Positions 1 through 12,929 of a stretch of 64,000 nucleotides of DNA are shown one piece after another. Numbering within the stretch: position 1 is the stretch's first letter; each line of letters begins with the position of its first letter. Under the pieces are notes generated by a model. The model searched no databases and was not told the origin of the DNA. It saw nothing but the letters and a program-made list of their open reading frames with translations. The DNA comes from Balanoglossus misakiensis (Eukaryota; Animalia; Hemichordata), in assembly GCA_040954595.2 (NCBI GenBank), contig JBECUI020000028.1:1-64000 (forward strand), written 5' to 3'. The translations under genes were made by a program, and so were the position numbers.

Positions 1-1
1 A

Positions 2-3000
2 TCAGTCCCTTTCAAAAGGGTTGGGGAGTGGTGAGAGGTAAATTGACTCACCCATTCCAAGAACTACACATTTACGTCTCAAAAACGATGGTCGCACAGC
101 AATTCTTTCATGTGAAATCTCACGCAGTGGTTTTACATGTGTACACTGTATGCCAATTTCATTGTCAACAAACATTGACCTCCCACTTAAACACCTACTG
201 GCTATCAGGAATGATCTTTCATTACAGTGACAATCACCTTGGCATATGCAACCTGGCCTAAGAATTACAAGGTTTCTTATTACATACAATTGCTCATCTT
301 GTCCCTGAAAATAATGGTTCGTTCTCTTTGCTGCCCTAGTGTAGCTACTTGTTGTGAACACAGCACCTGATATAGTGAATCTCTTGTAATATTTGGCATT
401 CACATTCAAGATAGGGTGGCCCACAGCCTCCTCTACAGCTAACCTGTCTGTCAATCTTATATCTGTTTGTCAGCAGCTCCCATGGCCACAACCCCTGAGC
501 AGCTATGAAAGTCCCTCTTTAAATGCACAATTCCTCTAGACAATTTGTCAAATAGTGGCCTCAGATCACTATCCTGCGGTATAATTGTGGATCTTCTTGA
601 TAAATCTCTCCACAGACAGAATGTGTTTGAAATCTGTGAAGGCACACTTTGAGTACCCTGAAATAGCTTCATGATTACACCATTGTGACTTTCAAACACA
701 AAGGAAGATGTAGCCCAGAGAGGTGCCCATTCCCTAACACTACTAGACAAATGCAGTAGAATGTGCATATTAAATGACATCACTTCTTTCCCATAAAGGC
801 ATTCAGTTTGAGTCACAAACTTTCTGATTGCCTGCTCTGCCAGATCAACAGAGCGGGCTGTTACTTTTTCCTGAAGTAACGTGTGGATTCCAAAAACCAG
901 CAAAAACCAATGGTTCAGAAAAACTGCAGGTAACACACCTCTCAGAACAATTAAAGAATAGAAAAGGAGAAATGCCCTCCACTCCGAACCTTTCCAATAC
1001 TTTCTGTAATCTAACGATCGTGGTGTCCTGGTTATTTCATTTGGAGGAAACTGCTGCACCAAACGGGAATTAATTACACGTTGTTTAGCAGGGGCTAAGT
1101 ACCAGGGTTTCTGCTTGTTTTCACTGTCAAGCCAAAGTGAGGTGATTTGCCTGACAACCCCTAATAAAACACAATGCAAATAATCAGGAACAAACCCTTT
1201 CACAATGTCGAAATTGGGAAGCAACATACACACACTGGGTCCCTTCACACCCAATATTGGTCGGTCTCTTTCAACCGCCTGCCTACAACAATCCTCATAC
1301 TGATCGTTATTCCTCAACTCAGGATGAGGAAGATCCTGTACACTATATACACGTGCATGACCATTGCCCTTTGCTATGTATTCCCCTGGGTGCAGGCACC
1401 AGTCACATCCATACTGCCCATTATACTGTTTGCAATTGCGCATCAAAGGCCTGGCAGCTGAATAAGAAGAACACAATAACACATGGACACATGTTGTGAT
1501 TATCTCACCAGAACTTTGATTTCTCCAGGTAAAACCATCATTACCCAATTTCACACATTCTTCAACAAATGGTGCCAAAAAACAATCCATCTGTGGTTTG
1601 GATTGACCAAACCATAGGCCAGGCATGAGAATATTTTGTTTTTGACATTTTGGAGTCAGTTCTGTCACTACACACTGAATGGGCCATATTGAGAAACCAG
1701 AGGACTTAAAGGCAGGGACCCCATCACAATTCCAGAGAAGGGTTAAGTCATTATCTCTTATGATACCATTTTCAAGGAGATCTTGATAAATGGAGCCATC
1801 CAATAAAGTTGAAACTGACAATTCACTATTAATATTCTGATTTTCTAATAAATCTACAAGTTGGTCCTTGATTGGCATTACAATGAAAAAATTGTTATTT
1901 GCTACAGATATTTGCTCACTGAAAGGCTCATTACAGCTACCACAAGTGGTGTCAGTTTGAATTTCGCCCTCGGCACCAAGATATGCCATACAACTACAGC
2001 AATAGAAGTGCTTCTTACACGACACAGCTGTCTCAGCAAAACAGTTCTTAAAAAAGTATGGTGTTGCTGGTACAGTTTCTGGTGCTATCAGGTTAATGAC
2101 GTGCAACAAGTCTTTGAGAGCATCTTTCGTAAGTCGGTGTCCGAGGACAAAAGCCTGGAGAAGTAGACAAAGCTGTTCTGTTGTGACATTCATCTCTCCA
2201 GTTCCTTCTTCAGCTCCCTGAGAATTAGAAAAATAGTAGTACATTTAGAAAAATAGGACAACCAGAAATAACATGAACAATGCAATGGTCACACTCACAG
2301 GACTGACACATTTAATTGTGATTTGACATTTGTGAAAACAGGCTCTGATCTCTTATGCATTGATCACCAGATTTTGAAAACAGGGGTCATGCTCTAAATA
2401 ATAGGCCTCCTTGAGAATTAAAATAAATGCATTCACAACCATAGAGACACTAGCTTTCATACTTGTATTTTATAATAACGATGTGTATTAAGTTGAATTA
2501 ACATATAAAACAGATTGATTAGTGGAATACTAAACGATGTTGTAATAGCTAAACAAATAAACAATTTTTAAATTTCCGATGATCAAAAGTTGGTCACATT
2601 GCTAAAAGAATAGAGACATTTTGGTGTGTATCACTGTCATGTTTCTGTCAAGGAATCAATGTGTATATTGCACCATGTCCACTTTTTCAAGTTGTAAATG
2701 CACACCCTTCAGTAAGTACACTTACTTTGAAAGTAAATCATCAAAATAATGTAAAAAGTCATAGATCATAAGTGATTAAGGTAAGTTACCGCACAAAATT
2801 CAAATTGGCAACCATAAAATTTTTAAAGTCAAAAGCAGAACCTACCAATTCATCACCACTTTCTCCTGTGCCCGTCCCATTAGTGTTTTCGTTTGATATG
2901 CGTGTGTGTATAATTTCTTCACTTTCTTCAATCTCTCCACTTCCGTCACTCAGTAAGTTGACATGTGACGTTTCCTGAGCTGGTACTTGGTCATCTATGA

Positions 3001-3896
3001 TGAATGATGTCTGATCATCTGATGTTTCGTCGGCTGATAAATAGTCATCTGTGTCTGGTTCTGTAGTGCTGTATTCATCAATGTCTGTATCTCTGTGAGA
3101 GAAAGTTAGTCCACTTCGATAACTGTCATGAGAGGCGTTACCATCATATAAATATTCATCATTGCCACTTTCAGATTGGTAGTCACTATTTACAGAACAA
3201 CTGTCAGTGTCGATGGCGATATCATCAGTCTGAAAGATATGAATAGAATGTGGTTAAGATATGTATTTCAGTATAGCGGGACTACATAATGCATATTACA
3301 TCATTTGATTCTAAATCTCAGAGGAAAGTGCTAATGCTTTAATAGTTCTTATAAAGAAAAGTAGGCTGGTGTCAGTAATGACCTGTTTTTTTTTGTTTTT
3401 TTCCCTCAATATTCGTAGTACTAAATTATTTTTCAATTAAAAAAATACTGCAGCGGCATAAATGCTGCTATATTTAGACAAAGAGTTGGAGATGTACAAG
3501 CTAGCCTTTTGGACTTTAATAAAACCAAAAAGAACAGAAATAAAATGCATACACTACCTATGACACCCTATAATTATAACAATCACCGAGAAATGACAGA
3601 CAATGCCAGTTTTCGCCCGGCGCTTGCTGCAGTTCCGTAGCCAGCAACTTTCCTCGATGTGTGTGTTACGGAAGGGGCACCTTTCTGTAACACACACACA
3701 TCGAGGAATGTTGCAGGCTACGGAACTGCAGCTGCAGCAAGCGCGGCGCATACTTCAGGCCGTGGTAAAAAAGAGCTACACTTACCTCTAAACCATGTTT
3801 ATCGCGAATTCGCCATCTAAACAAGGTTCTCTTTGGAATACTGACTTCGGTATCATTTAGGTAACGCTTGTATGGACGGCGCACGACCCTCGACAT
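2..3896 (-). pseudogene. EnSpm/CACTA transposase, inactivated (exons 3896-3786, 3229-2846, 2217-2)
   Basis: GT-AG exons join in phase 0. Motifs WNCDGVPAFKSSGFSIWPI, QYNGQYGCDWC, DYLHCVLLGV, WKGSEWRAFLLFY, NMHILLHL..WATSSFVFESHNG and C-terminal PNPFERD. The second catalytic Asp reads Tyr (CSSYSAAR, ~1462) and there is a frameshift at ~455. Confidence 0.88.
3615..3749. repeat. ~135-bp near-perfect hairpin in transposase intron 1
   Basis: GCGCTTGCTGCAGTTCCGTAGCC..TTCCTCGATGTGTGTGTTAC pairs with GTAACACACACACATCGAGGAA..GGCTACGGAACTGCAG..CAAGCGC. Confidence 0.9.
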
Positions 3897-4335
3897 GTCT
3901 CTTCCGCGACGAACAGCGATCTGATGATCTAGTGAATCAGCTGTGCAAGCGTCGGTGACTGCGGTGCATGCTGGGTGATAGATATGGCATCATCTCAAGT
4001 ACAAATTTTAACGTTCCGATCGATCTGTGGTACTACTTTAAGGTGAATTTTGGCGTTTCAAAATAAAGTGAATGATATCTTAACGTGTTTTTTTTTCAAA
4101 TAACATCTCAGCTCTAAGAAATGCTGTATTTTAAAATCACATGACCTACTGCATGACCTTTGACTCTTCTCATAAACGCCCGCATTTCTTACCCAGCATG
4201 CATCGAGGTAAATAAATAGTCGGCGAACTCCTGACCTTTTACAGCTGATTCAGTAACCACCGAAGACACACTACGCGTCACTCGCTACCAGCTCCGCTTA
4301 AGATTTCGCTATTTACGAACGTCGATCTAGTCACC
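3897..4335. promoter_or_regulatory. Putative bidirectional promoter between transposase and BEN gene
   Basis: 439-bp CpG-richer gap between head-to-head ATGs, with mirror motif pairs TGAATCAGCTGT(3933)/ACAGCTGATTCA(4241) and TGCATGCTGGGT(3965)/ACCCAGCATGCA(4191). Confidence 0.6.
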
Positions 4336-7300
4336 ATGAAGTACGCTTTATTTGATTTTTACGAAGAAAAGAGTGTTGAAGTTGGTGAGACGAATTGGAT
4401 AGAAGATCTCGATGAAGACGACGTTATGAGTTTTGACTTCAACGAAGATTGTGCTGTCCAGTGGCCATCAAAGAAGGCAGGAAGAGATCCGGCGAGATAT
4501 GTAGCAAGAGTTATCAAGTTTAGCGGTAAGAATTGTTTGGATTTTTTCAAAACTCAAAAAAAACGTGTCAGGTAGAAACATTTCCCAATGTTGAAGACGT
4601 TCATTGTAGAAAGTTACCTTTATCTCGATCCCAGGGTCTTGGGCTCCCTTGAACCAAACACAGCTTGTTAACTTCCTGTTCATTGTTATACTATTTGCAT
4701 AACAAAACGAGTTGCCAGGAAAGCCAGCAACCCCTTTGTTTTACTTTGTGACACAATTTTTTTACGTGGTTTGTGTTGTGCATTTTTGATCGTCAGCAAA
4801 AGTTTCTCATTCAGTTGTGTGTGTGTGTGTTTTTCACAACCAGGTCATAATGTTTATCTTTACAGATGACAGGCAGGAGCTGTTGCGACTAGCCAACGTC
4901 TATGTCAAAAAACGGGTGAACACAAACATTAAGACTCCAGAATATGGACGGGGGAAACGTGAAAAGGCACCAAAGAGAATCTACACCGACAGCGAAGATG
5001 ATGAAGATGATTATGTACCGGTAAGTTGATATTTAACTACCATGTGGCTGATGCAGAATTCAATATGATTTATCTAGGTACAGATGATATTAATTTCTCG
5101 TTGTCAATATAAACACCCATTTTCAAAACTCCATGCCAAGTGTTCAGAAGTATCTCACAATAATCATTTCATTTCTTTTTCAGGAAAAAAATAACTTGAA
5201 TAAAAAAAAGAAGATCAGCCAAAAGAATTCGTCTTTAAATTTGCTGAGAAAGTTAGAAAGCAAGAAGACATCTGAAGTTCGTAAAAAAATGGAGGAGGAT
5301 GTCCAGTCACTTAAGTCTGTAAGTACTGGCAATGTCATACGCTACAATTTCTGCCCCTGAAGCATATACTTTTACTTCCAAACTTGCACAAAAGCTAAAA
5401 TAATGCTGACGTATAAGAGAGTGTTGTGAGCTTGTGTGGCTTAATTATGAAACAGGGATTGCACTAGTGTTTGCTCAGAATGAGTCCCTGTCACATGAAA
5501 TTAAAGACAGGAAATTAAAATTTTTGTATTTATGTGAGAGATGGGACCCCTCTGTGTAAAAAGTAAGAGTCCCCCTGAAAAGTTCGGGAAGCAAAATATG
5601 GGGTTAACGCAACCCCTGCAAAATGTATCTTTAAAATGTGAGCAAAGTTATGCAATTATTGAAACTAATAATATTTCCATCAAAAAGTGACTGCAGTTCA
5701 GTGCTGTTGATGGGTAAATATCACAAGCATGTTGAAATCCATGTATGAACTGTGTTGTTATTGTTGACAACTGTGATTTTTAGTCTATTTCATTAATGTT
5801 CCTCTGCATTCTAGAGTTCATTCCGTGCTTCAACACCAGTGTCCAGTGGCTCAGAAGGCTATGATGAGGACAAGCTACACCAAGAAATAAGGGAATTGAA
5901 GGAGGAAAATGCTGCACTATGCTATTCTCTTCGAGTGTTAAAAGGTAAAAGAATATTGATACACGCATTGAATAAAGTCAGTGGATTGTTTTAGTTCTTG
6001 TATATTTTTAATGCAATGAGTAGGTTTTAGCTGAATCAAATTATTTTGTCAGTGTTTTTTTTTGTTTTATTTTTAGAAATATCAAAAGTCAACAGCCAAA
6101 ATATGCCACAGAATGATTGTTTTTGAAAATACTCATGAATATCACAAAAGAACATCATTTTCGGCATTTTTTTGACGAGAAATTGAAGTATCAAGGACTC
6201 CATATATGTTTTGAAATACAAAGTAAAATGTTACCATAATTAATTTATAAATGAAAAACATTTAATTTATTCACTTGTACATGATGACTAAGCTGGGCAA
6301 GCTGTAACTTACCTTTTTCAGCACCAATGAAAGCCTTCATTTGTGACCAGCTTTCTCAAACTATGTGTTTTGTAGTTACTTGACAATAGTTTGATAATGC
6401 TGGTCAGTATGTAAACATCTCAGTTCACCACAATTAAAATAATTTTGTTTATGGATGATGGTCCACTGTCTTATTGGTTAACAATATTTTTTTGCCAGGA
6501 TTGTCTCTTTTTTATTCCTTTTCCTATGAACTATTGGAGTTAAATCAATGAACATATGTCCTATACCTCTATTTTCTAATCTTTTTAAATGGTATAGAGT
6601 TACCTGGCCTGCTTGGACAAATTGCTGATGTAAAAAGAACATTTGGTGTAAAGACTGGTGCACCTGCAGTCTCAAAGACAAATAACTCCAGTGGAACACA
6701 TGATGCCCCATTGAACAGTGAAGAGGTAACTGTTGACATCTATTTCAATTTATCATGAATGTGTGATTTCAGGAATCTGCATAGACATAGTCATAGTCAT
6801 TCAAATAATACTTCTGCTTCTTAGGTTCAACCATATGGCCTAAGTAAGAAAATTCTTTGTTCTGCATGTGTATGTTTTGCGAGATTTCATGAAAAAAACT
6901 TTTCTGCCTGCAAATTTTTGTATACATGCTTTGGGAAATGTGATTGAAACACCTGCATGCTTGCAGAATGTCACATTTGAGTGCAACTTAACAGGGTGAA
7001 AAATTAGTTTCTGCTGAGATTCTTGATAAGGTGCTTGTATTACATGGAAACTATCGAGTAAATATTAAATTTACCTGTTAAAAATTTCTGTGTTTCTGAA
7101 CTTGTGCACTTACCTATCAAAATCTGAGTGGATGCAAAACAAAGAATTTAATTATTTTGGTCATAAAGTTTTTGTTTATTTATCTGCAGACCTGATGATT
7201 GCAACTCTGTTTAGAACAGATCATGGCTCTGCAACTTTACTTCCATGGAAAATGTGGTTGTATTGTTAGAGCTGTTGATTTCATAGAAAATAGAAAGTAT

Positions 7301-8163
7301 TGTAAGAACTCTGTGATAGAGTTTTTACTGTATTTTCTATTTTATCAGGTTTTCTATGACAGAAATCATATTTATTTTGTGTCTGCCTCTAGTGTTACCA
7401 ATTATTTTGGTCTTTTTCAGATTTTGGTCAATGATGAGATGATAGTAACTGCCAAGCAGCTGAACCGCGTTGACAAATCAACAGCGAAGAAAATGACGTA
7501 TGATTTGATGGCAGTGGTGTTTGATAGGGAAACACTCAGGACTCATTCGTATAGTGGCAGAGTGTGCAACTCAGTCAAGGGTTCTTTACCCAAACCAGCG
7601 CTGGATGCCGACAAAATAAGAGCCATTAAAGGTATGTAGGTATTAAGTTACTTATCATCTCCAATTATTAATTTGCTATTTTAGGTCATAGGAATACACA
7701 AAGATATATTGGCATTTTGTATATTTGGAGTGATCAGTGATGTATACCTCTTTAACATAGTGTAACCTGCTGTAGATAGGGTGCAAATTTTGCAGTGCTT
7801 TTGCAAAATCTGCTTTGGTCTGCTAATGGAGACCTGTATGTGGAATGAGATAGGCCATCTTTAAAAAGTTGTAAAAGCGTTTAAGGGACTGCAAATCAAA
7901 TATACCATTCTCTCTACCGTAACCGTGATATATTTTCATTTAGTTTGTTCTTTGTTTCTGGCGGTTAGGTTTTAGAAAAAAAAATATAGTATGGCAAACA
8001 AAGACATCTCTAAGGTTTGAGCTTTGGTTCAGTACAATTTCATTCAGCAATTATTTTTCTCTGTTTCCCCACAGATATTGTATGCAGCAAGTTTGACTGC
8101 AAGGTTGCTGAGGTGGAGCAGTACATTAAAATGAAAATTTACTCCGAAGCAAAACACAAGTAG
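4336..8163 (+). CDS. Transposon accessory protein, coiled coil + C-terminal BEN domain, ~345 aa; exons 4336-4525, 4866-5020, 5184-5318, 5815-5944, 6598-6725, 7421-7631, 8075-8163
   Basis: All seven exons have GT-AG boundaries and compatible phases with no stop. Coiled coil LHQEIRELKEENAAL; BEN-like KKMTYDLMAVVFDRETLRTHSYSG..PKPALDADKIRAIKDIV. Confidence 0.82.
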
Positions 8164-8486
8164 TGTGGTTAACTGTTTCATTTATGTGTTTTGCTTATCT
8201 TTATTTATTTAAACTCTATTTTTCATGTCACCTTTTTTATTGATTTATTGCAATAAAATGTTAAGTTTTAATTTGATGAGTATGTTGGTTTTTTCTCAAA
8301 TATTTCACTGAAAGCCAGCAGAAAACTAATTTGACTGAGGCAACACTGTATTTAGCACATTTATGTGTTAATATTAAACAACAGACTGAAAGAATATGCT
8401 GAGTATTCAGTGAAGTATTTTTTTTTATAAATATCAATCTTTTTGCCCCAATCCCACCCCTCTATCTTTGGTAACCAGATAATACA

Positions 8487-9340
8487 GGATCAATACACAT
8501 CTATAACTCTTCTATAGAAGTTCAATAGAAAATCAATTGAAATCTATATCTCTTCTATAGAAAATCAATACACATCTATAACTCTTTTATAGAAGTTCAA
8601 TAGAAAATCAATTGAAATCTATATCTCTTCTATAGAAAATCAATAGCATATCAATGGAAATCTAGATCTCTTCTATAGAAAATCAATACACATCGATAAC
8701 TCTTCTATAGAAAATCAATAGAATATCAATTGAAATCTATATCTCTTCTATAGAAAATCAATACACATCGATAACTCTTCTATAGAAAATCAATAGAATA
8801 TCAATTGAAATGTATATCTCTTCTATAGAAAATCAATACACATCTATAACGCTTTTATAGAAGTTCAATAGAAAATCAATTGAAATCTAGATCTATTCTA
8901 TAGAAAATCAATACACATCGATAACTCTTCTATAGAAAATCAATAGAATATCAATTGAAATCTATATCTCTTCTATAGAAAATCAATACACATCCATAAC
9001 TCTTCTATAGAAAATCAATAGAATATCAATTGAAATCTATATCTCTTCTATAGAAAATCAATACACATCGATAACTCTTCTATAGAAAATCAATAGAATA
9101 TCAATTGAAATCTATATCTCTTCTATAGAAAATCAATACACATCTATAACTCTTCTATAGAAGTTCAATAGAAAATCAATTGAAATCTATATCTCTTCTA
9201 TAGAAGTTTAATTGAAAAGTGGCCAAAAGTCCATAGAAGTCAATAGAATTTCCATAGAAATTCCATTGAGTTTCCATGGAATATCCATTGATTCTTAATA
9301 GAAATTTTTATTGAAAAGCAATAGAAGTTCTATAGAACTT
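8487..9340. repeat. EnSpm subterminal tandem array
   Basis: Alternating ~34-45-bp units built on palindromes TTCTATAGAA and TCAATTGA, running into the terminal CGTAAGGG. Confidence 0.92.
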
Positions 9341-10221
9341 TTTCGTAAGGGAATCAATCAAAGTGTATTATAAAACCAGATTCCAAGAAAATACAGCTGT
9401 TCAAAGGGGCTTAGGCTTTTTTCATCTTCCCTTGTCAGGTTGATATGACTATTGTTAGTATGCAGTGTTGTATGAAATGTTTTACATCGCTTACTTACCT
9501 CACCCAACATGGCAGCCAATTGTTCTACAGTAAATCCACTGTAATTAATACTACCTTGACTTGGCAAAGGATATGGAGGAGAGTTCAGATCAATATACAA
9601 TGTTTCTATATTGGTGCGCTGTATACAAAGAGAAGATAAAACAATATTTTGTTATTGGCAGTATTGTCAGTCAGTGTTTTTTTTAACCCTTCCACCCCAA
9701 TTTCCTCTTCAGTGCTCCAACCTTAACATAGAAAACAATGCAGTTGGACTGAACCATTGTGGTGATCAGGGTAATGTAACCAGGGTTCCCCAGTCATTTT
9801 GTTAACATTCCTTATGGTACCATAAATGCAGTCATATTAATGGTAAGACAGGTGTTACATGGGGTTTCAAAATCACTTATTGCTCCACCCCCCCCCCCCA
9901 ACAATAGCCAAAATACTGTCAGTGTTATCCAAATTCTTATTTCACACCTGTTACAACTAACAAGGTATCTGTCACAGTCATTTTATGCTCTTTTAGTATC
10001 CAGGATCTATTGTCGATGATATAATCATCTCTGATCAGACTAGATTGCATGTATAGCTCAACAGAATAATATTGAAGGTCAGAATGCTTTTGATGAGGAA
10101 ACAAAACACCAACTGCGAGATTATATCTTCTTCAGAAAATACCATCATTTTTATGTTAGTCAAGATACTTTGCAACTGGTGTATTGTTCTCTCATCAAAA
10201 GCATTCTGACCTTCAATATTA

Positions 10222-10426
10222 CTGTAAAACGGATTATTTTCGTGACAGGAAATGTTCGCGATATTAAAAGAGGCAACTGTTATGCGAGGATTAATTTTCA
10301 TGTTCTTGTATTTCATTGCATCTTTATCTCCGAAAAACATTTTACGCAACTTTTTCTTTTCACATTTTGTTGGCTCTCGCCTATTTCGCAAAAATTAATT
10401 GCTTGCGAAAATAACCCGTTTTACAC
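10222..10426. mobile_element. Tc1/mariner-type MITE
   Basis: TA|CTGTAAAACGGATTATTTTCG ... GCGAAAATAACCCGTTTTACAC imperfect TIRs. Confidence 0.55.
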
Positions 10427-10658
10427 ACAGGTGCAAGCTTTCTCTTATTGTGAGTATGGCAGAGAAAGTTTTGGCTGCTGTCAAAATTTTCTGACAAAGA
10501 CATCCAGAAGGATTATGAAACTGAAAATGTTGATAATACAGTGAAACCTGTCAATTAATACAGACATCTCTCTAATCAGGACACCTCTCTATTAAGGAAA
10601 GATTGTTCAAGACAAGAGTAATGGTTTGAATAGAATATTACATGCACATTTCTGTTAA

Positions 10659-11483
10659 AGGGACAAAGTCTCTCTCTCGCTGCCCTTTTTAGGTCCCATT
10701 GGTATAGGCCTATATACCATGGGACCTTATGGGATTGGTTGCGTCTGTATGTATGTATGTATGGATGGATGTATGGATGTATGTCCGTCCACATCAAAAA
10801 CTTGAAAACCACTGTGTGTATCACCTTGATATTTGGTGTGCACATGCAGGCTGGGCTGTAGATGGGAGTTTGTTCAAATGAAGTTGTCGTTGCCAAAAAT
10901 ATGCAAATTAGCTGGAAAAATGTGAACTTAGTCAAAACTCAGTAACTCAAGAACTACTGGTCAGATTGCTTTGCGAAGTGGTGTGTATTTACTTTATTGA
11001 GTTGTTTATATACACAGGAAATTCCTGAATGATTACATAACTGGCTAAGTTTTAAAGAGGCCAGCTGTTCTATTTAGTGTGTGTGTCTGTCAGTATATCG
11101 CCATTTACTCCGGTGTAGACTTTTTCTTTTGTATTCCCTCAATGGGACCACTGTGTCCTTGACGCGATTTTTTCCATTATGTTTGATACAAGAGACATTT
11201 TATATTAATGTACATGTGTATATGTAGTTAATGAACGTTCAACCATACACAATTTCCATCCCACTTGAATGATATGAGCATAAAAACTCGCATAAAATGA
11301 ATAAATGATAGAGACCGATTATTGGCGTGTGTTTTTTATCACTCTGGTGGCTACAAGCAGGGTTGAAGTTGTGTGTGGTGAAACATTGATTCACTATATA
11401 TCCACATGTAGAATAACAGAAATGGTGCCCTGTAACAAACCTAATTCATGGAAAAGGGGCAGCGAGGGAGAGAATTTGTCCCT
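10659..11483. mobile_element. Kolobok-type non-autonomous element (TTAA TSD)
   Basis: TTAA|AGGGACAAAGTCTCTCTCTCGCTGCCC ... GGGCAGCGAGGGAGAGAATTTGTCCCT|TTAA; same family recurs at ~45926-46266 and ~54757-54958. Confidence 0.75.
10691..11040 (+). mobile_element. Helentron/HINE (DINE-1-like) non-autonomous fragment
   Basis: TTTTAGGTCCCAT..ATGGGACCT stem-loop followed by (GTAT)n microsatellite; inverted homolog at ~13666-13831. Confidence 0.55.
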
Positions 11484-11961
11484 TTAAGGACACCTCTCTA
11501 TTAAGGACACATTTTGTGGTCCCAGAGGTGTCCTTCCTAGGCAGGTTTCAATGTACTTCACATCTCAGTTGTACTCCACTGTCTGTATGGAATCATTTCC
11601 TGGTTGACATGGTGAACTTTACAAAAACAGATAAACCACCAAAAAAAGTCAGGGCCATATGTAGAGAATGATCTTGAAACTCAGAATTTTACCATAATTA
11701 CCTTGAATATCGTAAACTCTTCATATCGTCAAATAACTGCAATGCAGTACTCAGACCTTCAGAAATCATACCATATTTCTCACCTGCTCCTGACAACAAT
11801 CTGAAATACAACAACAATCATTTAACAAAAGGTATATGTAAACAATGTCTACTCTGATTGTAGACAGATTTGATTAAACATTTTATGAAACATTTAAAGG
11901 TAGGAACCTCTAATAAAAGCAAGTGAGTCAAAAGTCAAAAAGAGCGACTTTTTCCCTTTAA

Positions 11962-12046
11962 CCCTTTCACCCCAAGTTCCTTCTATACAGGTCAAACCTT
12001 TTCATAGAAAACAATGGGTTTTGACCGAACCTTGGTTGTGAAAGGG
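11962..12046. mobile_element. 85-bp piggyBac-type MITE
   Basis: TTAA|CCCTTTCAC ... GTGAAAGGG|TTAA. Confidence 0.7.
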
Positions 12047-12221
12047 TTAATGGGCTTCCATAATTAGTGTTCTTTAAAATTAGAGGGTGGTACTTAGGGG
12101 TTATTACACTAAATTTGGTGAGAACAATAGAAAGTGGCAAATTCAGGCTCTGCATGTATGATACTAATGACAATTAGCCTTCTGCTTTAGAATCATCACC
12201 ATTAAGCTATATTGATTGTAT

Positions 12222-12313
12222 CCGCATCAGTTTATCATCTTTTGCTAATGCATAACACGACTGTTGTGTACTCTTTGAATGGAGGCTGATTAAATCGGTG
12301 TGACACCCATTTA
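12222..12313. repeat. Interspersed repeat, second copy at ~27182-27275
   Basis: GCATCAGTTT.TCATCTTTT..ATGGAGGCTGAT.AAAT.GGTG shared by both loci. Confidence 0.65.
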
Positions 12314-12929
12314 AAATAACACTAAATAACACAAAACTACAATGTGTGCGCGCAAATATTTTGTCACAGTTGCGTGACATGCGCACACAAAAAATCCATT
12401 GAAAGATAACAGCGGGCGAGGCTATCTGGGGCGCCTTGTCAAGGTTGGCCGGTCAGGCGCCCTGTACACATGTACGCGTACGCGCGCTTGTATGCTGTAG
12501 CAGGACGCACAATGATGTACGTGCGGTAACCTAGGCCACAAACATGACACGTGTCGGGCTATAATTTATGCACACAGAAGCCATTAGATATAACAAAGCA
12601 AGTAGGGCTTCTGGGTCATTTTCCTTGATGATATAACACAAGAATTCCATACCTTGTCTGTACTTAATACGTATCGGGGGGGGGGACCACTGTACACAGT
12701 CTCTTTCATGATGTTTATGTACTTTATTCGCTACATTCTAAATGATATTTTTTGTGTTGGGCCATCTAGACATGAAGGGAGAACTCATTCAAGTATGTTT
12801 ATCTGAAAGCCTGCTTGTCTATCGCTATTTTGTTGCACGTAATTCAAATACAATTTCACGAAAAAAAAATTGGCTCTTTGCGTGCACTGCGCGTAAAAAA
12901 TAAAATATCAAACGCAAGCCCAGTAGAAA

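Larger units (their letters stand above)
1..9351. mobile_element. CACTA/EnSpm (CMC) DNA transposon, right portion; other end lies outside the window
   Basis: EnSpm-type transposase (-) and divergent BEN gene (+), a long subterminal repeat array, and an abrupt end ...GAACTTTTTCGTAAGGG at 9351 (CCC-type terminus as in many animal EnSpm elements). TSD cannot be checked. Confidence 0.85.
10539..11553. mobile_element. Tc1/pogo-type MITE carrying nested insertions
   Basis: TA|CAGTGAAACCTG ... CAGGTTTCAATG|TA; the internal motif GGACACCTCTCTATTAAGGA occurs on both sides of the nested element. Confidence 0.65.
9499..11800 (-). pseudogene. MED25: Two decayed exons of Mediator subunit 25 (VWA domain): 11800-11702 and 9618-9499
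   Basis: Exon translations LLSGAGEKYGMISEGLSTALQLFDDMKSLR and (Q>*)KHCILI(C)NSPPYPLPSQGSINYSGFTVEQLAAMLGE match the remembered MED25 segment (IAEGLSTALQLFDD..CLLICNSPPYLLP). Splice sites are intact, but the second exon has an in-frame TAG and a 1-bp deletion. Confidence 0.85.
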
